Positions 57,264 through 64,000 of a stretch of 64,000 nucleotides of DNA are shown in pieces. The stretch comes from an uncultured Candidatus Actinomarina sp. GTDB lineage: Bacteria; Actinomycetota; Acidimicrobiia; Actinomarinales; Actinomarinaceae. Below the pieces are notes generated by a model that was given only the letters and a program-made list of their open reading frames with translations, was not told the origin of the DNA and did no database searches. Position numbers and translations under genes: made by a program. The DNA lies in assembly GCA_902571385.1 (NCBI GenBank), contig CACGBK010000004.1:3638-67637 (forward strand), read 5' to 3'. Within the stretch, counting starts at the first letter, position 1, and every line of letters begins with the position of its first letter.

Positions 57264-58649
57264 ATGATGCAGATAAATAAACAATCAAGCCAAAACACTT
57301 ACGAAACTATATTTCTTATGGTTTCTGTTTTGCTCGTTTTTCTGGATGCTTATCAAATTTTTGGCATACCAATTCCATGGTTAGGTATGACCCTATTGTT
57401 TTTGTTTGCATTAACTAAATACAAATTGTTCTATAACTCAAAAAATCTTGTAATTGTTTCAATATTGATTGCAATCGTCATGATTCCACAGATAATCTAT
57501 ATTTTCTTCAATGATGTCTCACAAGGAGAAACACAATACCTCTTTCTACGATTACTTAACATATTCTCATTTGTTATAGTTCTTTTATTTTCAGTAACTT
57601 ACTTTAGAAATGAAAAAATTATGTCCTTTTATGACACTTGGAAATATCTAATTGGAGTAATCTCAGCTTTGACAATTTATATATTTATTGCCCAAATCTA
57701 TGACTTAGGTGAATTTACAAGAAATAGGTCAAATACCAATCTTTTTGGAGACTCAGATCAATCTACTTTTTGGTTATCAGAACCACACAGAGCAATGGGT
57801 ACATTTAGAGAACCAGTTTTATTAATATCTTTTTTAATGCCGCTCGTTGTGTTGTATCTTTACAAAAATAAAAGTAATAATTATTTGTTATCCATAACTT
57901 CTGGAGTTGCATTAGGTTTATCAAGAAGTAATTATTTGAGGTTATTTTGTGTGCTTTTTCTTACGTTCATCTTATTTAACTATCTAAAAACAAAAGAGCT
58001 AAATAAATCGCTTTTATTGTTTTTGGTTATTTCACTTGTAATGTCTAATTTTGGAGTTTTTGAATGTAATTTAAATCCAGAGAGTAATCAATGTATTGAA
58101 TATGAAGAAGATGTTCAAAAAATGAATGCCTCTGGTGAAATAAAAATTGATGTAAATTCAGACACTGAAGAATTGGGCCTAGGTAGTGATAGATTAAATG
58201 TATTGAATTTTTTTATTAACTCATTGAGAGACATTACACCTAAAAGCATTATCAATATAAATTCTGATTATCAAGATTATTCTTCAGTAAGAGTTAATGA
58301 AGAAATGTATTTTACAAATAGAACATTACCTAAATATCTTCTCCAAAGATACAGTACCCAAAATTTTGGCACTGGTAATTATTCACTAATTAAATATGAC
58401 CTAAATGTTCAGAATTTGTTTGTGTTTTATACTCAAGCTTTCGGAATTATTTTTCCTCTTATATTGTTTTTAATATTCCTGAACATTATTGTTCAAAAAA
58501 AAGAATTACTAAAATTGTTTTTCTTCTCTAGTTTTATTTTATTTTTCTTTGTTAGTCCAGTTGAAGAAGTTAATGCATTCTATGGCTTAATCATTGGTGC
58601 TGCATATAATTTGATTTTTATGAAAGAAGATATAAATGCAAATACATAA
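57264..58649 (+). CDS. O-antigen polymerase/ligase-like polytopic membrane protein
   Basis: Many TM helices with one large hydrophilic loop (about residues 270-370). Sits next to a flippase and a glycosyltransferase. Confidence 0.4.
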   Translation: MMQINKQSSQNTYETIFLMVSVLLVFLDAYQIFGIPIPWLGMTLLFLFALTKYKLFYNSKNLVIVSILIAIVMIPQIIYIFFNDVSQGETQYLFLRLLNIFSFVIVLLFSVTYFRNEKIMSFYDTWKYLIGVISALTIYIFIAQIYDLGEFTRNRSNTNLFGDSDQSTFWLSEPHRAMGTFREPVLLISFLMPLVVLYLYKNKSNNYLLSITSGVALGLSRSNYLRLFCVLFLTFILFNYLKTKELNKSLLLFLVISLVMSNFGVFECNLNPESNQCIEYEEDVQKMNASGEIKIDVNSDTEELGLGSDRLNVLNFFINSLRDITPKSIININSDYQDYSSVRVNEEMYFTNRTLPKYLLQRYSTQNFGTGNYSLIKYDLNVQNLFVFYTQAFGIIFPLILFLIFLNIIVQKKELLKLFFFSSFILFFFVSPVEEVNAFYGLIIGAAYNLIFMKEDINANT

Positions 58650-59706
58650 TTTTTCGCCGGGTCCAGCAAGATTAGATCCTTCAATTATTAGCAAGTCCCA
58701 AGAGGCAATAGCCAATTATCAAAAAACTGGTTTATCAATTCTAGAGATTGGTCACAGATCTAAAGATTTTGAAACATTAATAAACTCTCTTCAAGAAAAT
58801 ATGATAGATATTTTTAATATTCCATCCAATTATTTCACTCTTCTCTTGCAAGGAGGAGCAACATATCAGAATACATTTATCGCTAATAACTTTGACAAAG
58901 AAAATAAACTTTTAGGATGCCTAGTCACAGGAACATGGGGGAGTTACTCAGTTGAAGATTTTTCTAAAATTAGAGATACAAAAATAATTGAAGTAAGCGA
59001 GAATGAAATTGAAAATTATATTAAATCACCATGGGATCTTGAAGGTGTTGATTATTTGCACCTAACGTCAAACGAGACAATAAATGGAGTTCAATTAAGG
59101 GAATTCAATAAAATTCAGCATGATTCATTAATCATTGATATGTCCTCAGATATTGGCTCTTATAGTTTTGAATGGGACAATTTAGCTTATATTTATGCTG
59201 GAGCTCAAAAAAATATGGGCATTCCAGGTGTCTCGATATGTATTGGAGATGAAAAGTATTTAAATTCAGAAGATAATTCTAGATACCTCAATCTTGGACA
59301 ATTGGTAGAAAAGAAGTCTTTGTTGAACACACCCCCTACTTTTTCGATATACGTCCTAAAGCTTGTAACCGATTGGATGATTACAATGGGAGGTATAAAA
59401 CATTTTGAAGAGAAATCAATTAAACAATCATCAAGACTATATGAACAGTTAGAGAGCTATGGGGATTTTATAAACTTACCTGTCAGTGACTATTCAAAAA
59501 GTAGATCCAATATTATTTTTAAATTTAAAAATGAGGATTTGGAAAAGAAATTTCTTATAGAAGCAACTGAAAAAGGAATACTTGGTTTGAATGGACATAG
59601 AAGCGAGGGGGGAATAAGAATTAGTCTTTACAATTCAATTACAGATGAGATGGTCGATTACTTATCAGAATTTATAGATAAATTTTTTGCAGATAATGGA
59701 AAATAA
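58636..59706 (+). CDS. serC: phosphoserine aminotransferase
   Basis: NFSPGPARL, LEIGHRSKDF, YAGAQKNMG (PLP Lys), NTPPTF, and GHRSEGGIRISLYN, colinear with E. coli SerC. Confidence 0.9.
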   Translation: MQIHNFSPGPARLDPSIISKSQEAIANYQKTGLSILEIGHRSKDFETLINSLQENMIDIFNIPSNYFTLLLQGGATYQNTFIANNFDKENKLLGCLVTGTWGSYSVEDFSKIRDTKIIEVSENEIENYIKSPWDLEGVDYLHLTSNETINGVQLREFNKIQHDSLIIDMSSDIGSYSFEWDNLAYIYAGAQKNMGIPGVSICIGDEKYLNSEDNSRYLNLGQLVEKKSLLNTPPTFSIYVLKLVTDWMITMGGIKHFEEKSIKQSSRLYEQLESYGDFINLPVSDYSKSRSNIIFKFKNEDLEKKFLIEATEKGILGLNGHRSEGGIRISLYNSITDEMVDYLSEFIDKFFADNGK

Positions 59707-60343
59707 TAACTTCACAGCTTATCAATTTGAAAACTACGATGTTGAAGGTCTAAAACTTGAAATTAATTTTTCAAATACTGACTTTATCGAGATAAAGACC
59801 CATGAAGAAATAAATTCCCCAATTGAAAACATCGAAGAATCTTTTGAACCACTTTTATTTGGAATTGATATGAATATAACAAATATCAGAAATGTAAATG
59901 ATTTAAGAGGCAAGAAAATGATTCTTCTAGACGGGCATCATCGATATGAATACTTGAAAAGAAACGATATTGAAAAATCAATTGAAATAGTTCTTATTTC
60001 AATTGATGATGTAGAAATTCTCTCTTACCCATCACGTTTAACAATTAGAAAAAAAGAATTTGAGGATATTCTTGAAAACTATAATTTTTCAAACAATGTC
60101 TCTTCAAAATTCTTTGTTTCATTAGATGATGTTAAATTTTTCAACGAGGAAATCGAGGACATTTATCAACTTTATGAATTTAAAAATTTCTGTTATGTTA
60201 ACAAGTATATAACTTCAGCAGTCGATGAACATCAAGCTAAGGATGAAGTAATTGTAAATTTTACTCCGATAGAGGTACCTGAAATTGTCGAAAACGACTC
60301 TCTTTTTCCTCCAAAATCTACATGGATAACTCCAAGATTATGA
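59687..60343 (+). CDS. short DUF1015-like protein (DGHHR motif)
   Basis: LLDGHHRYEYL and C-terminal [12 protein letters not shown] resemble the ADGHHR and PPKSTYFYPK motifs I associate with DUF1015. At 218 aa it is about half the usual length. Confidence 0.5.
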   Translation: MQIMENNNFTAYQFENYDVEGLKLEINFSNTDFIEIKTHEEINSPIENIEESFEPLLFGIDMNITNIRNVNDLRGKKMILLDGHHRYEYLKRNDIEKSIEIVLISIDDVEILSYPSRLTIRKKEFEDILENYNFSNNVSSKFFVSLDDVKFFNEEIEDIYQLYEFKNFCYVNKYITSAVDEHQAKDEVIVNFTPIEVPEIVENDSLFPPKSTWITPRL

Positions 60344-61446
60344 AAATCTGTCATGTTATAAATTCTTTAAACAGGGGAGGTGCCGAATCGCATTTGTTGG
60401 ACTTAATTAATGCACAGCTAAATGATGGGATGGATGTTCATGTAACTGTAATTGGTGAAGATAGAACTGAATCATATTCAATAGAGAGCGAGCTACTTAA
60501 AAATGGCATTAATATTACAAGACTTAATGGTCCGAGAATGTTCAATTTATTTTCATATTTTTCAATGTATTCAAAATTCAGAAATGAAAAATTTGATATT
60601 ATCCACTCACATCAACCTCGTAGCGATTTTATGGTTTTTAGAATAAATAAATATTTATCAAAAAAAAGTAAATGGATAGTAAGTGTTCATGGAAAATATG
60701 ATACATATCTAGAAAAAGGTAATTTAAGTAACAACTTAAGAAAATACTTTATGAAGAGACTCTCTAAACATTGGCAATCTGCTTCTTCGATAATTGCAAT
60801 TTCTGAGGAAGTAAAAAGTTGGATTGAAAATCTTAATCATGAATTGAATGTTGAGGTCATACCATATTGGATAGATATTAAAAATTCTGAAACTTTTGAA
60901 AAAAAAGGTACCGTAACACTTGGATTTCTAGGAAGACTAAATGCGAATAAAGGGATAGAAGACTTACTTAATGCACTTAATTCAGACCAGCTTAAATCAC
61001 TTGATTTTAAATTAATGATTGGTGGAAGTGGGACCGAAGAGTATCTACAAAAATTAAGAAATATGATCGAACAAGACAAAACTGAAAAAGTAAATTTTCT
61101 TGGATATATAGAAAATAGAGAAGAATTCTTTAACAATATAGATATTTTTGTATTTCCATCTTTTTCAGAAGGTTTAGGTTTGGTACTTCTTGAAGCTATG
61201 AGTTTTTCAAAGATTTGCTTAACAAGAAATATTTTGCCAATGACAAATTATATAGATGAAGACTCAGGTTATTTGTTTGACGATGTTGATGGATTATCAA
61301 ATTCAATAGTTTCATCTATTCAAGATTTAGAAAACAATATTGAGTTAATACAAAAAAAATTGTTTAATATTGAAAAGAAATTAGAAAAATCAAGTAAGGA
61401 AAATATATTTCCAAAATTAGTAAAAGTATATGAACAGTCAATTTGA
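60322..61446 (+). CDS. glycosyltransferase family 4 (GT-B fold)
   Basis: N-terminal NRGGAESH motif and the C-terminal EX7E region [17 protein letters not shown]. Confidence 0.85.
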   Translation: MDNSKIMKICHVINSLNRGGAESHLLDLINAQLNDGMDVHVTVIGEDRTESYSIESELLKNGINITRLNGPRMFNLFSYFSMYSKFRNEKFDIIHSHQPRSDFMVFRINKYLSKKSKWIVSVHGKYDTYLEKGNLSNNLRKYFMKRLSKHWQSASSIIAISEEVKSWIENLNHELNVEVIPYWIDIKNSETFEKKGTVTLGFLGRLNANKGIEDLLNALNSDQLKSLDFKLMIGGSGTEEYLQKLRNMIEQDKTEKVNFLGYIENREEFFNNIDIFVFPSFSEGLGLVLLEAMSFSKICLTRNILPMTNYIDEDSGYLFDDVDGLSNSIVSSIQDLENNIELIQKKLFNIEKKLEKSSKENIFPKLVKVYEQSI

Positions 61447-63868
61447 ATATAAAAAAATAGAAAAGAAATGGCAAGATCACTGGGAAAATAGTGAAACTGT
61501 TAAGTGTGACTTAAAATCTGAAAAACCAAAATTTTACAACCTTTGTATGTACCCATACCCCTCAGGCGATTTGCATATGGGACATATAAGGAATTATACG
61601 ATCGGTGATGTTATTACAAGGTATAAACAAATGAATGGCTTTAATGTTTTATCTCCTATGGGCTGGGATTCATTTGGTCTTCCTGCCGAAAATGCAGCAA
61701 TCAAAACTGGTATTCATCCAAGAGAATTTACGGAAGAAAGAATTGCAAATATGAAATCTCAAATTATCAGATTAGGTTCTTTATATGATTGGGATAGAGA
61801 AGTTGCAGCCCACTCTGTTGATTATTACAAATGGACTCAGTATCTATTTATAAAGTTGTTTGAAAATGATTTGGCTTACAAGGAGGACGCACCAGTAAAT
61901 TGGTGTAATTCGTGCAGAACAGTTCTAGCTAATGAACAAGTCATAGAAGGCTCATGTGAGAGATGTGATACAGCAGTTGAGCCAAAAAATTTAAACCAAT
62001 GGTTTCTGAAAATATCCGAATATTCTGAAGAATTATTACAAGGCCTTGATGAGATTGGTGATTGGCCAGAAAACGTGAAGACAATGCAAAGAAACTGGAT
62101 TGGAAAATCTGAAGGCTCTCAGTTTGAGTTAAACATAATTGGAACAGACCTTACTTTTGATGTTTTTACAACAAGACCTGATACATTGTTTGGGATGACT
62201 TTTGCTGTTATATCTCCAGAGCATGAATTAATCAATCAAATTATGGAACATTCCGATAACAAAGATGAGATACAAAATTATTTAGACTCGATTGTAAATA
62301 AGTCAGAATTCGAAAGAATGTCTATTACAAAAGAAAAAACTGGAGTGGATACTATTTTGAAAGTTACGAATCCAATCACAAATGAGGAAGTACCTTTATG
62401 GATAGCAGACTACGTTCTTGTGAACTATGGAACCGGTGCGATTATGGCTGTCCCAGCTCACGATGAAAGAGATTATGAATTCGCAAAAAAATACGATATT
62501 GAAATTAGGCAGGTAATTATAGATAAAGAAAAAACAATAAATGTAGACAAAGAGGCCTTTACTGGTAATGGAGTCCTTATCAATTCTGGAAAGTTCAATG
62601 ACTTGAGCTCTCACCAAGAAGCAAGTAAAAAGATAAATGAATTTTTATTAAAAAATAAGATTGGCGATGAAAAAACAACATATCGTTTGAGAGATTGGTT
62701 AATCAGCAGACAAAGGTATTGGGGCTGTCCAATTCCATTAATCAATTGTGAAGACTGCGGATTATTACCAGAAAAATATGAAAATTTACCAGTATTACTT
62801 CCAGAAATTAAAGATTATATAAATACAGATGGATCTCCTCTGTCCAAGAGCAAAGACTTTGTTGAAACTGATTGTCCAAAATGTTCTAAGAAAGCTCTTC
62901 GTGAAACTGACACTATGGATACTTTTGTAGATTCATCCTGGTATTACATGAGGTTTTTAGATCCTAAGAATGAAAAAGAACCTTTTAATTCTAACTTTAT
63001 TAATGAATGGTTACCGGTTGATCAATATATTGGCGGAGTAGAGCATGCAATTTTACATTTATTGTATTCTCGCTTTTTTGTCAAAGCCCTTCGTGATCTT
63101 GGCCTAATGACTATTGACGAACCTTTTCACAATTTATTTTCTCAAGGCATGATAAATTTTGGAGGGGCAAAAATGTCAAAATCTAAAGGTAATATCGTAG
63201 ACCCCGAAGAATATTTTGCAACACATGGAGCAGACGCTCTACGATTATATATTTTGTTTATGGCGCCTCCCAGCGATGGGGTTGAATGGAATGATGGAGG
63301 CATCGAGGGTACTAAACGATTTTTAAATAAACTATGGGACAACTTGTTAAAAATCATAAATCAAGAAGATACAGAAAAAGAATTAAGTGAGGAGGACAAG
63401 TCCTTAGAAAGAAAAATAAATCAGACTATTAAATCAGTTACCCAACATTTTGAAAAGTTCGAATTTAATACTGCTGTATCTGATTTGATGAAATTTAATA
63501 ATGACCTCAGTGAATATTTAAAACATGGCTCTATTTTGCCAAAAGAATTAAAAGATATACTCATAAAAAATATACTTATACTTTTATATCCTATGTCTCC
63601 GCATATGGCATCTGAAATTTATGAAAGTTATTTTAAAAGTGATATAAGTACTGAGAAATGGGCAAATTTTGATGATTCAAAATTAGAGAACCCTATGTAT
63701 GAATTAGTTGTACAAATAAATGGTAAAAAAAAGCATGCAATTATGGTTGAAACAGGAATTGAAGAAGACGATGCAATTACGTTGTGTGAAAGTAATTTCA
63801 ATATAAACTTTAAAGAAGCAAAAAAAATAATTTTTATAAAAGACAAAATAATTAATATAGTGCAATAA
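61430..63868 (+). CDS. leuS: leucine--tRNA ligase
   Basis: [10 protein letters not shown] (HIGH), the CP1 editing region, KMSKSKGN. 812 aa. Confidence 0.95.
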   Translation: MNSQFEYKKIEKKWQDHWENSETVKCDLKSEKPKFYNLCMYPYPSGDLHMGHIRNYTIGDVITRYKQMNGFNVLSPMGWDSFGLPAENAAIKTGIHPREFTEERIANMKSQIIRLGSLYDWDREVAAHSVDYYKWTQYLFIKLFENDLAYKEDAPVNWCNSCRTVLANEQVIEGSCERCDTAVEPKNLNQWFLKISEYSEELLQGLDEIGDWPENVKTMQRNWIGKSEGSQFELNIIGTDLTFDVFTTRPDTLFGMTFAVISPEHELINQIMEHSDNKDEIQNYLDSIVNKSEFERMSITKEKTGVDTILKVTNPITNEEVPLWIADYVLVNYGTGAIMAVPAHDERDYEFAKKYDIEIRQVIIDKEKTINVDKEAFTGNGVLINSGKFNDLSSHQEASKKINEFLLKNKIGDEKTTYRLRDWLISRQRYWGCPIPLINCEDCGLLPEKYENLPVLLPEIKDYINTDGSPLSKSKDFVETDCPKCSKKALRETDTMDTFVDSSWYYMRFLDPKNEKEPFNSNFINEWLPVDQYIGGVEHAILHLLYSRFFVKALRDLGLMTIDEPFHNLFSQGMINFGGAKMSKSKGNIVDPEEYFATHGADALRLYILFMAPPSDGVEWNDGGIEGTKRFLNKLWDNLLKIINQEDTEKELSEEDKSLERKINQTIKSVTQHFEKFEFNTAVSDLMKFNNDLSEYLKHGSILPKELKDILIKNILILLYPMSPHMASEIYESYFKSDISTEKWANFDDSKLENPMYELVVQINGKKKHAIMVETGIEEDDAITLCESNFNINFKEAKKIIFIKDKIINIVQ

Positions 63869-64000
63869 GTGACAAAATTAATAATAGCCGAAGCCTTGAT
63901 TTCAGATATAAATGAAATTAAGTCAGAGATAGATAGTGATGAAAACATTATTTCAATATCTAAGAATGAATTTATTGAAAGTAATAATGCAGCACTTTTT
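63869..64000 (+). CDS. 5' end of an unidentified ORF (runs off window end)
   Basis: GTG directly after the leuS TAA. The frame stays open to the window end (VTKLIIAEALISDINEIKSEIDSDENIISISKNEFIESNNAALF). No motif recognised. Confidence 0.3.
   Translation, partial: MTKLIIAEALISDINEIKSEIDSDENIISISKNEFIESNNAALF

Noticed and set aside
1-64000. Looked for CRISPR arrays, IS elements or transposases, integrases, prophage genes, toxin-antitoxin pairs, rRNA, tmRNA, SRP RNA, RNase P RNA and known riboswitch cores.
   Set aside because: I saw no spaced direct repeats, no recombinase-like ORFs, and no intergenic region long enough (the longest are about 95-170 nt and are accounted for above) or matching remembered conserved cores. 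Absence is by eye only; covariance-model scans (Infernal/Rfam) would be the proper test.

Overview
The window is a very AT-rich, gene-dense stretch of chromosome (by eye roughly one-third G+C; not computed). About 65 protein genes and 8 tRNAs fill almost all 64 kb. Many gene junctions overlap by 1, 4 or 8 nt. I found no transposase, integrase, CRISPR array or rRNA. Gene content and order point to an actinobacterium: a WhiB-family regulator, an AhpE-type peroxiredoxin, a PDZ/Lon-S16 protease next to a UPF0182 membrane protein (the Rv3194c/Rv3193c arrangement), valS-folC-ndk, and rne-rplU-rpmA-obg-proB-proA-nadD-rsfS. Together with the extreme AT-richness and compaction, this suggests a streamlined marine lineage such as the Actinomarinales or another low-GC member of the Acidimicrobiia; this is inference, not a database result. 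In order, the window holds: sdhCDA(partial); whiB; ahpE; a DUF2342-like gene; htrA; a liv-type ABC importer with an embedded long-chain acyl-CoA synthetase; the PDZ-Lon and UPF0182 pair; initiator tRNA; tlpA-like; mrp; uppP; plsY; a translin/TRAX-like gene; two PaaI thioesterases; a GMC oxidoreductase; a Cas4/AddB-like Fe-S nuclease; a mitochondrial-type aconitase; pdxH-rph-rdgB; cimA; acs; a six-tRNA cluster running into tig-clpP-clpX; valS-folC-ndk; mreBCD-mrdA-rodA; the rne-to-proA block; a MoxR/VWA(CoxE-like) pair; nadD; an antisense 2-TM K+ channel; rsfS; tRNA-Ala; a small envelope-glycan cluster containing serC and a half-size DUF1015 gene; and leuS. The most interesting signal is a compact candidate attenuator upstream of citramalate synthase. 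It consists of a promoter-proximal, apparently leaderless 8-codon ORF (MINFIIII) followed by alternative hairpins and a T9 intrinsic terminator. Other items worth a second look are two unannotated small ORFs below the track cutoff, the acyl-CoA-ligase-containing ABC operon, the MoxR/VWA insertion in a conserved operon, the twin CX2CX5C nuclease and the bacterial translin-like gene. All calls rest on reading the translations and on motif recollection; no searches were run.
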